A stretch of 64,000 nt of DNA from Polyangiales bacterium (GCA_038230375.1 JBBRNJ010000037.1:1-64000); one strand, 5' to 3'. Shown: positions 1 to 9,910, numbered from the stretch's first letter. The notes: generated by a model not told the origin, from the sequence alone. Numbers and translations: made by a program.

Positions 1-83
1 AACGCCTTCGGCCGCTCATGACGGCGTTTGCGGCGCTCATCGCCAAGCAGCCTGCCTTCAAGCAACTCTGCGGAATCCTGTGA
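1..83 (+). CDS. 3' end of a CDS truncated by the window edge
   Basis: Frame from nt 3 reads RLRPLMTAFAALIAKQPAFKQLCGIL then TGA (81-83), with G/C-ending codons. Confidence 0.5.
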   Translation, partial: RLRPLMTAFAALIAKQPAFKQLCGIL

Positions 84-143
84 CTTCGCCGCGCCGAACA
101 TCATGCATCATGCACGCATATTCGAGGGGATGGTTCAGGTCCC

Positions 144-1754
144 ATGCACGAGAGTCATCGCAGCTGGCGCAATGTGATCGGGGTGACCGTCGCGGGGGGC
201 TTGGTGCTGGCGGCACCCGACGCCCACGCGAAGAAGATCGCGCTCGAAGCTGCCCCGGCCTCTTGCGTCACGCAAGCTGGGGACGTCTACCCACGCGTCG
301 CGACCTTGCTCACCGCACGGGGCCACGCGGTCACCATCGTCGCTGGGACCGACATCGACACTCCCGCGAAGATAGGTGTATTCGACGCGGTGGCCTTCGG
401 AGGCGCCGCCTTCGCGTGCGATTGGGACTGGGCGACATTCGACCCGGTGCTCAAGGGCTATGTGAACGGCGGCGGTGGCCTGGTGGTGAGCGGGTGGGGC
501 GCGTACTTCCTCGCGAACAACCCGAAAAACGAGACCTACGCGGGGCTCGAGGCGGTGTTGCCCGTCATCAAAGGAGTGCAGTTTGGCACCGCAGGAACGA
601 TCTCTGTTGCTCCGGGCCACGCAATCACCCAGGGGCTCGCCGACTTCGCGGGGCCAGACTTCGACAACTACGGCGCTGGATTTCAGGTCGGCTCGACCAT
701 CCTCTTGCGACAAGGCGGGACCGACGCGGCAGCGGCGTGGTCGTACGGTGCAGGCCGCTCGGTGTACCTTGGCCCGGACTACCTGGCGAACTGGACGAAC
801 TACGCCAACGAACCGCTACTCGACGGTACGACCCCTGACGCGCAGGAGCTCTTCTTGCGGTCGGTAGAGTGGGCGGCCGCCAGCATCGACGTGCCCAAGA
901 TCGGCGCTGCGCCGAAGGCGCTCGACCTAGGCATGGCTCGCGTCGGCGCGGCGGCCCAGGCGGATGTTACGGTCTCCAACACGGGCGACAAAGTGCTCAC
1001 TATCACGGCGCTCGGCTTCGCTGGAGCGAATCCGGGCGAGTTCACCGCGTCAAAGGCGGTGCCCTTCGACGTCGCCATTGGCGCTTCCGCGCCACTGACG
1101 GTCAAGTGGACGCCGATCACCGTCGGCGCGCGCTCCGCCACGTTGACCTTGACCTCGAGCGACGTGAAGACCCCGAAGCCCGTGATCACACTCGCAGGCA
1201 CGGCCATCAGCCCTGACCTCAAGGTGGCCGCCGCGCTCGACTTCGGAGCCGTCAAGGTCGGTGCGATCCAGGGCCGTGATCTCGTATTGACCAACGACGG
1301 TACCGATACATTGTCGGTCACCTCGGCCAGCGTGACCGGCGCCGGCGCCGCGCGCTTCACGCTCACGCCGACGACGTTTCCCATCACTGTACCGACGGGG
1401 CAAGCCGTGAAGCTGTCACTCGCGTATTCGCCGAGCGCCGCGGCAACCGACATCGCTACGCTCACCATCGCAAGCGATGGCACCATGAGCGGCTCGTCGC
1501 TTGTTGCGCTCTCCGGTTCCGGAAACCCCAGTGGAGGCGGAGGCGACGGCGGTGTACTCACGCCCGAAGGAGGCAGCCCAAGCGCGAGCCACGGAGGCAG
1601 CGACGGAGGCGACGGCGCGGACGGCACTGGGGGAAACACCGGCGGAGGTTGCGGTTGTCGCATGGTGCCCGCCTCCGTCCCGGAGTGGCCGTTGGGTCTT
1701 TCGGTCGTTGGCGTCGGCCTTCTGCTGGCCCGGCGCCGGCGCCTCACGCGATGA
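144..1754 (+). CDS. MYXO-CTERM-anchored surface protein with N-terminal alpha/beta (GATase1/ThuA-like) domain and two ASH/choice-of-anchor D Ig-like domains
   Basis: Signal peptide ending AHA; two LDxG..V.N.G...L.I repeats; Gly-rich linker; GGGCGC + hydrophobic helix + RRRR at the C-terminus. Confidence 0.85.
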   Translation: MHESHRSWRNVIGVTVAGGLVLAAPDAHAKKIALEAAPASCVTQAGDVYPRVATLLTARGHAVTIVAGTDIDTPAKIGVFDAVAFGGAAFACDWDWATFDPVLKGYVNGGGGLVVSGWGAYFLANNPKNETYAGLEAVLPVIKGVQFGTAGTISVAPGHAITQGLADFAGPDFDNYGAGFQVGSTILLRQGGTDAAAAWSYGAGRSVYLGPDYLANWTNYANEPLLDGTTPDAQELFLRSVEWAAASIDVPKIGAAPKALDLGMARVGAAAQADVTVSNTGDKVLTITALGFAGANPGEFTASKAVPFDVAIGASAPLTVKWTPITVGARSATLTLTSSDVKTPKPVITLAGTAISPDLKVAAALDFGAVKVGAIQGRDLVLTNDGTDTLSVTSASVTGAGAARFTLTPTTFPITVPTGQAVKLSLAYSPSAAATDIATLTIASDGTMSGSSLVALSGSGNPSGGGGDGGVLTPEGGSPSASHGGSDGGDGADGTGGNTGGGCGCRMVPASVPEWPLGLSVVGVGLLLARRRRLTR

Positions 1755-2217
1755 GCGCACGGCCGAAGCCTATCCCGCCACGCTCTTCGAGCCCAAGGCG
1801 CTGGGAGTGACGGAGCTCCGGGCGCCGACGCACGAACATCTGCAAACCCGTTGAGCGGAGCGAGATCTCTCCCTCCTGACACTCGAAGCGATAGGTGTAC
1901 TCGGTGAGCGTGCCGTTGCGCGTAGGCCCCGGACATTCCCGGTAGAGTCGAGCGATCTCGATCGTGCCCTGCGAAGAATCGATGCGAAGATTCACGTCGT
2001 AGACGTTTTCAAAGAGCAACGTCACGGGGGCGACCCAGAACTTGAAGTGCGTCTCGCCTTCGCCGGGGGAGACCCATTCGAAGAGGTAGTCGAGATCGAA
2101 GAGGAGCTCGAACGCTTCGGCGTGGGCGACCATAGACCAGAGGGTCACGTCGTGGAAGCTCATCGCGGAGAAGTCGCGGTCGTCCCAGTGAGGCTTGTCG
2201 AGGAGGTGTTCGGTCAT
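1744..2217 (-). CDS. Hypothetical protein (157 aa)
   Basis: Protein-like portion of ORF 1744..2514 starts at MTEHLLDKPHW (ATG 2217), just downstream of the preceding minus-strand gene. Confidence 0.75.
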   Translation of the reverse strand: MTEHLLDKPHWDDRDFSAMSFHDVTLWSMVAHAEAFELLFDLDYLFEWVSPGEGETHFKFWVAPVTLLFENVYDVNLRIDSSQGTIEIARLYRECPGPTRNGTLTEYTYRFECQEGEISLRSTGLQMFVRRRPELRHSQRLGLEERGGIGFGRALIA

Positions 2218-2263
2218 CGTCGCCGGAGGAAATTCGTGACCAGCGACAACGAACGTAGACGCT

Positions 2264-3946
2264 TCAAGGCACGTACGCCATACCGCCGCCGAACGAGACG
2301 GCTGTGAACTTGATTGTCGCGTCCGCTGCCGCGGCGCCGTTGAGCGCATGCGCGCCGCTCCACCGGAAAGCCTGCGTAGCGCTGTCCTGCGTGACAACCA
2401 GGCGGTCCGCCGCCGGCCCCACCGCGAGCTGCATGGGTTGAAACACGTTGATCGTGCGCGTGGGGACGACTGTGCCATTGAGGGCGGCCGCACCATTGAA
2501 CGAATAGACACCAACCTCTCTGGACGCGAGGTAAAGGATGTCCCTCACGGGATCAACGGAGACGCCAAAGGCGGTGAACCCGCCAGCGACTGTGAATGTT
2601 CGCGTGGGAGCGACGTTCGCGTCGAGCGCGCTCGCATTGTCCCACTCCACGACGGAGGCCGTGGCACCGAACTCGTTCGACAGGTAGAGGCGGTCGTTGA
2701 CCTCGTCCACGTAGAGCGCGGTGATGTTCGTGATCGCTGCGTTGCTCAGGATCGCCGTGGGAGGCGCCGCACCGTTCTGCGTCGACGCCGCGCTCCAGAT
2801 GCTGACTGCACCAGGGCCTGCGGCATAGAGAATGTTGCGCGTCGCATCGACGGCGAGCCCGCGAGCAAGTCCCACGCCCGAAAGCCCTTTGATGGTGTGG
2901 AGCGGGGCGATGTCACCTGACGTCGCCCCTGCGTTGTCGAAGACCAGGATCGAGTCAGGGTTGCGGTGGTAGATGAGAGCGCGTTGCCGGTCGAGCGCGA
3001 TGTGGTTGTAGTCGTTCGTGGCGAGAGTCGTGCTCGCGCCCTGAAGCGTGCGCGACTTGGGCGTGCTGGTGGGGAGCTGGCTCACGCAGTCGAACATCTC
3101 GATGACGTTCAGGGCCATGAAGCTGTGGACCGCGAGCATGTCGTGAAGTGCAGTGTCGGGAGTTGCAAAGACCTCCACGCCGTCCAATGACTCGACGCCG
3201 CTCGCGTTCACGGCCGCGGCGACGTAGTACTCCGGCTGTCCGTTCACGAGCCCCTTGTGTACATAGGGGAGCGCGCCGGGGTCGATCTCTGCTCCACTGA
3301 GCTTGGAGACTCCGGAGGTATCTGAAACGTACAACTTGTACGACGCGGCGCCGGCGGAAGTCGCCCCCGCGAGCGTTACCTGCGAATTCCCGATGCAGGT
3401 CGAGAGGCCTGTGGGCGCGGTCGGCCCTCCGACGATCTTCGCCGTCGCGGGGCCAGCCGCAGGTCCAGCGCCAGACCCGTTCTTTGCCTGAACCGTGAAC
3501 GAGTAGGTCGTGCCCTCGGTGAGCCCTGACACAAGCGCCTTCGTCCCGGAGATCGTCACCTTCGCGCCTGGCGATGCAGGACTGATCGTGATCACGTAGT
3601 TGGTGATCGGGCTCGCGCCCATGTCTGCCGGGGCCGTCCACGACAGACGAGCACCGTCGGTTATGTTTGCCACAGCGGCGAGTCCCGACGGCGCTCCAGG
3701 CGAACCGGCCGGGAACACGATGCCCGCGTCCAAAGCGGCAGCATCTCCACCTGCGTCCGCCATGGCGCCCGCGTCCTTTGCGCCTCCAGCGTCCTTCGCA
3801 CCACCCGCGTCGCCGCCCATGGCAATTCCGCCGTCAGCGTTTCCGCCGTCCGCATCCGTTGTGGTGGTGGGGGCATCGCCCGAACAGGCGACCACGAGCG
3901 AACTGGTCAGAAGGGAGAAGGACGCAATGGATCGGAGGTGGCGCAT
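2264..3946 (-). CDS. Lipoprotein with fibronectin type III domains and a C-terminal beta-propeller
   Basis: Lipobox VVAC; DAG-rich linker; FN3 motifs (LSWTAP, GLTEGTTYSFTVQAKN); repeated xxD...LY...APTRT blades; GGAG RBS before ATG 3946. Confidence 0.85.
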   Translation of the reverse strand: MRHLRSIASFSLLTSSLVVACSGDAPTTTTDADGGNADGGIAMGGDAGGAKDAGGAKDAGAMADAGGDAAALDAGIVFPAGSPGAPSGLAAVANITDGARLSWTAPADMGASPITNYVITISPASPGAKVTISGTKALVSGLTEGTTYSFTVQAKNGSGAGPAAGPATAKIVGGPTAPTGLSTCIGNSQVTLAGATSAGAASYKLYVSDTSGVSKLSGAEIDPGALPYVHKGLVNGQPEYYVAAAVNASGVESLDGVEVFATPDTALHDMLAVHSFMALNVIEMFDCVSQLPTSTPKSRTLQGASTTLATNDYNHIALDRQRALIYHRNPDSILVFDNAGATSGDIAPLHTIKGLSGVGLARGLAVDATRNILYAAGPGAVSIWSAASTQNGAAPPTAILSNAAITNITALYVDEVNDRLYLSNEFGATASVVEWDNASALDANVAPTRTFTVAGGFTAFGVSVDPVRDILYLASREVGVYSFNGAAALNGTVVPTRTINVFQPMQLAVGPAADRLVVTQDSATQAFRWSGAHALNGAAAADATIKFTAVSFGGGMAYVP

Positions 3947-4203
3947 TGTAGTCTCCAGCGACGCGGAGGCCCGGAGAGATGCTCCGCGCACGCGCGCTTG
4001 ACTATTGGTCCTCGTTCGCGAATCGATCACTCATTCGACCCATCGGTCGCCGAAGTCGCATCAGGCTCCAGGGCGTTCTCTATTGTTTGAGCTGCCCAGT
4101 TTGATCACTATTTCGCTCCGATACTTCCTTGAAGCGACGGCTTTCGCTTTTACGTTGCGCAAGTCATTCCCCCACTGCACGCTCTTCGCTGGGAGCAGAG
4201 AGC

Positions 4204-5259
4204 ATGGCGAACGTTCGGATCGTTGTCGCGGTAGCTGTGGTGGTGCTGGCCACTGGATGCGCGGAATCGGCCGCCACACACGAAGCCATCAATACGCTGC
4301 CGGTCGACTTCCCCTGTCCGATCCTCCTCGCGAGGCCCATTCCGGTTGGCCTTCGGGCGGCGTACGCGGAGCAGCTACGCGCCGCGACCACGAGGGAGGT
4401 CGAGCTCGTGACGTCTGACGGGGCGGACGCGCGGGCCGGTGTCATCTATCTTGCGGGTGAAGAGGCCTTCCTCGTTGCGACTGCGCCTGGGCGGCTTGGG
4501 CTCATCGACATCGGCGACGCATCGCCCCTCGCGGCCGCAGACCGACTCTTTCGCTCCGTCGCAGAGGTCTACGGCGCAGCGGCGCTCGGCGTGATGCTCG
4601 CAGGGGAGGGCACTGCGGGCACCAGCGGCCTCATCGCGCTTCGCCATGCGGGAGGGATGACGCTCGCCGAGATCGCGCGACCTGGCGAGTTCCCCGAGAT
4701 GGTCGAGACCGCGACTGCGGCGGGTGCGTGTGCCCAGATCGTGTCGGCCGGACGCGCCGGAGAGGCGATCGCCACCCTCGTGGGGCGATCATCACACGGC
4801 ACGACGCCAAGACTGTCGGCGGCACACAACGCTGCTGCAGGCCAACGCCAGCGTCGGGTGTGCCTCCTCGACGACAGCTTCATCATGCTCGACGTGGCGG
4901 CCGTCGCCCTGAGCGCCGCCGGCTTTGACGTGGCCACGGCGACCACCGTTGCCGAGCTCGAGGCAATACTCACCATTGCAACACCCGATCTCATAGTGAT
5001 GGACGTGGATATGCGGGAGATGTCCGTGCACCAGGTCGCCACTGCGGTGCGCAATGCGCTCAGCAAGCCGATACCCATTCTGCTGTGGTCGTCATTCACC
5101 AAGGCAGAGCTCGCGGAGCAGCGCTGGCGCTCACCCGTCCAAGGCTATATCCCGAGGAACAAGGGCGCCAAGGCGCTCGTCGTGGGCGTCATCTCGGCGT
5201 TGTCCAGGACGCCGGACGAAGCGCCGGCTCTTGGTGGGATGATCGATTCACGCAAGTAG
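4204..5259 (+). CDS. Degenerate CheB-type methylesterase domain fused to a C-terminal receiver domain
   Basis: CheB scaffold (LPVDFPCPIL, GVIYLA, DRLFRSVAEVYG, GVMLAG..G..GL...RHAGG) lacking catalytic S/H/D; REC motifs LLDDS and PDLIVMDVDM. Confidence 0.8.
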   Translation: MANVRIVVAVAVVVLATGCAESAATHEAINTLPVDFPCPILLARPIPVGLRAAYAEQLRAATTREVELVTSDGADARAGVIYLAGEEAFLVATAPGRLGLIDIGDASPLAAADRLFRSVAEVYGAAALGVMLAGEGTAGTSGLIALRHAGGMTLAEIARPGEFPEMVETATAAGACAQIVSAGRAGEAIATLVGRSSHGTTPRLSAAHNAAAGQRQRRVCLLDDSFIMLDVAAVALSAAGFDVATATTVAELEAILTIATPDLIVMDVDMREMSVHQVATAVRNALSKPIPILLWSSFTKAELAEQRWRSPVQGYIPRNKGAKALVVGVISALSRTPDEAPALGGMIDSRK

Positions 5260-5273
5260 GATGTCGCCGGTCA

Positions 5274-6368
5274 TCAGAGGTCCCATCCAAGACCGAGCGT
5301 GCCCGATCCTCCGAACGGCGGTGGTCTGAAGATCACGGTCCCCGGCGGATCGACGATGTAGCGATCCCGAATCAATGGCAACTCCAGCGCCGCGTCGAGC
5401 TCGACGAAGAGGCCGCCGATTCCGGGCCGATAGCGCACGCGCGCAAGGGCCGAGAGCTCCAGCCACAGACGGCTCGACCTCTGCGAGTCCGGAATGTCGA
5501 GGCCGCGCGCGGAAAATTGTCCGGTCTCGAGGGCTACACAAGGTCGCAGGTCGAGCGAGGCCGCTGGACGAAGACGAATCGGGCACCCATCGACCCGCCC
5601 ACCGAAGTAGGCATAGCGGGCGCGTCCCAGCGATGTCGTCGCGTCGTCCGTGAGCGCGGCGACGAACAGCCCTCGTACCTCGGGCGACAGGATGTCGCCG
5701 CGATCCAGCTCGAAACCGAGAGCGACGGCGCCTTGCGTCGCCACGTCTGGAAACAGCGACGTGCGCAGTGCGATCGAGAGAGCGGCGAAGGGCCGCTGCA
5801 CGAGCCGCGCCGCGACGGGTTGCGTCTCGTGCTCGACGTTCGGCGGCGGCAGAGCGAGCGCCGCATCGACCTCGGGCGGAAGCGCACCAGTATCTGTGGG
5901 CACGAACGCATCGACGGTGGCGGCAGCGTCACCTGGTGGAGACGCCGCCGCTGGCGCCAGCGGAATCGGCGCCATCGACGCCGTCGGGTCGATCGCGAGA
6001 GCAGTCACGAGGGCGAGCGCGAGGACGACCTCATCGCACGTGCGTCCGCGCACCTTGCGGGTGGAGACGCTGTCATCGAGATCGCGGATTGTGACCTCAC
6101 CGTCCGCCCTCTCTGGCGTCACCGTCAATCGAACGGCGAAGGCCCGGGCTCGCTCGTTGTCCTGCGCGACGCGCGCATGCGGCGTTCGACCGAACACCTG
6201 CGCTGAGAACACGTCGCGCGAGGGACACTCGCCCGGCGCATGATAGTCAAGGCGAATGGCCTCAACGGGCGTGTCGTCCGCCAGGAGCCGCCCGGCAGCA
6301 CACACGACAAGCAGCGCGGCACACCCCCCGATGCCGATGATGCGCGCGCTTATTCGAGTACCCAGCAT
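5274..6368 (-). CDS. Exported hypothetical protein with Cys-paired N-domain and beta-strand-rich C-terminus
   Basis: Signal-like N-terminus; ECPS...TCDEVVLALALV motif; Pro/Ala linker; ends GLGWDL. Confidence 0.7.
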   Translation of the reverse strand: MLGTRISARIIGIGGCAALLVVCAAGRLLADDTPVEAIRLDYHAPGECPSRDVFSAQVFGRTPHARVAQDNERARAFAVRLTVTPERADGEVTIRDLDDSVSTRKVRGRTCDEVVLALALVTALAIDPTASMAPIPLAPAAASPPGDAAATVDAFVPTDTGALPPEVDAALALPPPNVEHETQPVAARLVQRPFAALSIALRTSLFPDVATQGAVALGFELDRGDILSPEVRGLFVAALTDDATTSLGRARYAYFGGRVDGCPIRLRPAASLDLRPCVALETGQFSARGLDIPDSQRSSRLWLELSALARVRYRPGIGGLFVELDAALELPLIRDRYIVDPPGTVIFRPPPFGGSGTLGLGWDL

Positions 6369-6554
6369 GCCAGTTCATTCAAGCCCGGACGTCGCCCTGG
6401 CGCCACACGCCGAATGGATGACGCGTCAGACGCGCAGCGTTCAGGATTGCTCGTAGGGGGCGACGAGGCGTCGATTTCGTGATCAAGGCGGCGGGCACCA
6501 GCAATTGAAACCGAGACGAGCGTGAACCGTGGATTGAATGACCGTTGGCTGCCG

Positions 6555-7991
6555 CTACAGGAACGAGCCGCCCGCGAGGACCTTTGGTAGGGGCGCGCGG
6601 ACTGCCTGCGTCTGGAGCCGCACCACTGCGGGGACGCCCGCGCCCCACGTCGGAAAGTAGAGATACTGGCCGTCGAACACGCCGCCTGCGAGGAGCGCCG
6701 AGCCCGCGTCGCCAGCGTCGATGCTGACCTTCGAGAGGTCCTGCGTGATCCAGTTGCCACCATCCGCCTGGGTGTCCAGGCGCTGCATGATGTTCGTCTG
6801 CGCGTACGGCACCACGTACAGATAACGCCCGTCGAAGGCCATGCCCTGGTACGTGCCCGTCGTGCTCGCGAGCGGCTGCGCGCTCCACGAGCTCGCGTCG
6901 GAGAATGCGCCGGAGTCCAGCGTGTACCGCTCGACGGGCGACGTTGCGAGGTTCGGAGACGCGATCACGTGCGTCCCGTCTGCGCCGACGCCCACGTACT
7001 GTCCGCCGTCGGTCGCGAGCTGGTACGTGGTCCACGAGCCACCATCCTGGAAGCCGAGCGTGGAGTCGTAACGCGCCGCCTTCGTTCCGGCCTGCGGCAT
7101 GAAGTACGCGTACCGGCCATCAAAGTAGCCGCCCGCGAGGCCTGTGAGCGCGGGGTCCACGTAGAGCTGGAGATCGAACGTGGACCATGCGGATGCGTCC
7201 GGAAATCCGCCGTCTGCGTCGAACCGTGTGACGCTGCCTTGCGTGGCGCCCACGCCGGTACCGCTCGGCACCAGATAGACGTAGCGGGTGCCGTCGTAGA
7301 AGACACCACCGAACCCTTGATCGCCGACGTAGGTTCCTGCTTCGCCTGCATCGCCACCGTCGCCGGCATCACCAGCGTCAGCGCCGGCGTCCGAGAGCAG
7401 CAGCGTGTTGAACTTCTCCCAGGACGCGGCAACGGTGAAGCCGCCTGCAGCCTTCGTGTCGAAGCGCGCGGAGAGGTTTGGCGTACCCGAGAGGCCGTTG
7501 CCGCCTGCAAAGTACACGTATCGTCCGTCGAATGCGGCGCCGTAGAAGCCCTGCGTTCCGAGCATGCCCGGCGCGTCGAACGCCGACCAGCTTCCGCTCG
7601 CCGCGAACTGCAGCGTCGTATCGTAGCGAATGACCTTGGACGTGTGGTCGATCGGTGTAAAGTACACGTAGCGTCCGTCGAACGTGCCGCCGAGATACGC
7701 GCCGCCCATGTTGGGCGGGCCCTCGAACACGGCCCACGCGCCGGCGTCGCTCCAGTCCAGGTAGAGCGGCTTGCCACTGTCGCTGGCGTCAAGGCTCGCG
7801 TCGACAGTGGCCGCGTCGGGCTTGTTCACCGTTCCGTCGGGCTGATCGACGGCGGCGTCCTCGTCCGTGCCAGCGTCGTCCTCGAGCGAGTAGTTGTCGC
7901 CAAGGCCCATGAGCTGGACGCATGCAGCACCGGAGAGTCCGAGTCCGGCCGTCGCGATGATCGCGAGGACCCGGTATTTTTGCGCGCTCAA
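6555..7991 (-). CDS. Lipoprotein with seven FDGRY-type repeats (probable 7-bladed beta-propeller)
   Basis: Lipobox AAC; repeats FDGRYVYF, FDGRYVYF, YDGTRYVYL, FDGRYAYF, ADGTHVIA, FDGRYLYV, FDGQYLYF; start overlaps upstream stop. Confidence 0.85.
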   Translation of the reverse strand: MSAQKYRVLAIIATAGLGLSGAACVQLMGLGDNYSLEDDAGTDEDAAVDQPDGTVNKPDAATVDASLDASDSGKPLYLDWSDAGAWAVFEGPPNMGGAYLGGTFDGRYVYFTPIDHTSKVIRYDTTLQFAASGSWSAFDAPGMLGTQGFYGAAFDGRYVYFAGGNGLSGTPNLSARFDTKAAGGFTVAASWEKFNTLLLSDAGADAGDAGDGGDAGEAGTYVGDQGFGGVFYDGTRYVYLVPSGTGVGATQGSVTRFDADGGFPDASAWSTFDLQLYVDPALTGLAGGYFDGRYAYFMPQAGTKAARYDSTLGFQDGGSWTTYQLATDGGQYVGVGADGTHVIASPNLATSPVERYTLDSGAFSDASSWSAQPLASTTGTYQGMAFDGRYLYVVPYAQTNIMQRLDTQADGGNWITQDLSKVSIDAGDAGSALLAGGVFDGQYLYFPTWGAGVPAVVRLQTQAVRAPLPKVLAGGSFL

Positions 7992-9040
7992 AACGCACCT
8001 CCCAGCTGCACGCCGCCGCCCGATCCCGTGAGTGGGATCGTGGGTGTGATCCGTAGGGCCGTCTTGTCGGTTTTTTCGGGCCCCTTCGACACGAAGATGA
8101 GCACGACGCCCGTCACCAGTGCGGCCGCGCCAACGCCGATGCCAATCGTGGAGATGGTTCCGTTCGTGTGAGCGTCCTTCTGAGCCTTGAAGCCCTGGGG
8201 GTCACACGGGATCGCGGTCGACGTGAGCGCGTCGGAGGCGGCCGCGTCGCAGTGCTTGTCGACGGTCTTCTTGTTCCCGAGCGCGACGACACCGAAATAC
8301 GACCCGAGACCCAGGCCGACGAGCCCGACGCCGCCGAGCACGAAGCCGACCGTGCGTCCGGTGTTGCCGCTCTTCTTCGGCGGAGGCAACGGGTCCGTTC
8401 CGGACGGCCCTTCTCGGAGGAGCGCGGCCTCGTCGCTCGGTGTGGCAGGGGCAGGCTTGGCGGGTGCGGGGTCCTTTGTCTCCGTGGCGGCAGCGACCGG
8501 CGCGGCGGGGGCCTCGTCGATCGGCAGGAGCGTGGGCAGCGCGAGAGGCTGCGTTGCGGGACCAGGTTGCAGCGTGATCGACAGCGTCTGCGATTTCGTC
8601 CCAGCTGCAGCGAACGTGACCTCGTGCGGACCCGGATCGAGCGGCTGCGGCGACGCCCACGCGCTCTTGTCGACGAGCTTTCCGTCAATCAAGACCTCCG
8701 TGGCGTTGGATTGCCCAGGATCGATCTTCACGTAGGAGAGCTTCTTGTACGTATCGGCCAGGTGGGTCCGAGCGATCGCCACGCGCTTCTGGTCGCCGCT
8801 CTTCGTCGCCGCTTCGAAGGCCTGCTTGTACTCGGTCCACGCGGTGGCGACCTTGCCCTCCTTCTCGTGAGCAGATGCTTTGCGAAGGAGCGCCTCCGTG
8901 GGTGCGACCTTCTTCGCGGGCGGAGGCGCAGGTGTCTGGGCGGGCGGCGGCTTCTTGCCACCCGCAGCGTTCGCCAGAGACGACGACGCGAGCGCGCCAA
9001 TCACCAACCCAGCAAGACATAGCGAGCGTCGGGTCCCCAC
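7988..9040 (-). CDS. TPR-like + PEGA-like exported protein with C-terminal hydrophobic segments
   Basis: Signal peptide; helical ATAWTEYKQA segment; V.IDG...LDPGPHEV PEGA-like motif; two Gly-rich hydrophobic helices; ends LGGAF. Confidence 0.8.
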   Translation of the reverse strand: MGTRRSLCLAGLVIGALASSSLANAAGGKKPPPAQTPAPPPAKKVAPTEALLRKASAHEKEGKVATAWTEYKQAFEAATKSGDQKRVAIARTHLADTYKKLSYVKIDPGQSNATEVLIDGKLVDKSAWASPQPLDPGPHEVTFAAAGTKSQTLSITLQPGPATQPLALPTLLPIDEAPAAPVAAATETKDPAPAKPAPATPSDEAALLREGPSGTDPLPPPKKSGNTGRTVGFVLGGVGLVGLGLGSYFGVVALGNKKTVDKHCDAAASDALTSTAIPCDPQGFKAQKDAHTNGTISTIGIGVGAAALVTGVVLIFVSKGPEKTDKTALRITPTIPLTGSGGGVQLGGAF

Positions 9041-9073
9041 GAAGCAAACTCTACCACGGCCGTGCCAAAGGGC

Positions 9074-9877
9074 TCACTTCACGACATGAAACTTCACCGT
9101 GGTGCTTGCGCCCTGCGCTGCGAGCGAGATCTGAGCGTCGCCCGAGGCCAGTGCATCCGCGACCTCCTGGTTGGTGAACCCGATGATGCGGTCAACCAGG
9201 TCCGTCGTCGGTGCAAGCGCCTTCGCATTCGCGTAGGTGGGGATCACGCCGTGTCGGGTGAAGACCAGGTCGTTGCCCTGGTCGTCCATTGCCTTGAACA
9301 CCACGTCGACCTGGTTGCCCACGTGAACCGTGTACGTTCCGTCCGCCGCCGCAGTCACGTCTGCATGGTCTGCGCCCTGCGGCCCGCTGCTCACCCTCGC
9401 CTCGATCGTCTTCGCCGGATGAACCACGATGGAGGAGGAGTCCACCACCACGCCCGCCGCGTCGACCAGCTCGATGGGCACATCGCCGGCCGCCTTGGTC
9501 TGCACGTCGAAGGAGACGGTGACCGACTTGCTCTGACCCGGCGGACAGGTGGACGCGCAGCTGACAGCCGAGCCAGAACACGAACAGCTCTGGCTCGAGG
9601 GCTCCGCGCTACCCATCGATGCGTCTGCCACGCGCAGGAACAGCGGGTCCTCGGTGTGCGTCTTCACCGTTGCCTCCACGGTGATCGAAGAGCCCAGCAG
9701 GACCGGCTGGTTCGTGTTGCAACCAAGAATGCACTGCGCCGATGACAGAGAGAACTCGGCGACGCCGTTCTGTCCCTTGCTCTGGAACGGATCGTTGAAC
9801 GTGCATCCGGTGCCGAGTGACGTGACGGCGACCGCTGCGAGCATGCTGAGTGACGCGATGATGGTGAATTGGGACAT
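9074..9877 (-). CDS. Cys-containing beta-rich lipoprotein (paralog of 27836..28627)
   Basis: Lipobox GTGC; GGAGG RBS; colinear similarity to the 27836 protein. Confidence 0.85.
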   Translation of the reverse strand: MSQFTIIASLSMLAAVAVTSLGTGCTFNDPFQSKGQNGVAEFSLSSAQCILGCNTNQPVLLGSSITVEATVKTHTEDPLFLRVADASMGSAEPSSQSCSCSGSAVSCASTCPPGQSKSVTVSFDVQTKAAGDVPIELVDAAGVVVDSSSIVVHPAKTIEARVSSGPQGADHADVTAAADGTYTVHVGNQVDVVFKAMDDQGNDLVFTRHGVIPTYANAKALAPTTDLVDRIIGFTNQEVADALASGDAQISLAAQGASTTVKFHVVK

Positions 9878-9910
9878 GGGGAACCTCCAGTTGGGGATGC
9901 AACGGGGGAT

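Noticed and set aside
4204..4262. LATGC as a lipobox in the CheB-like protein
   Set aside because: It aligns with CheB strand 1 and the degenerate GASTGG loop, and the protein carries a cytoplasmic receiver domain
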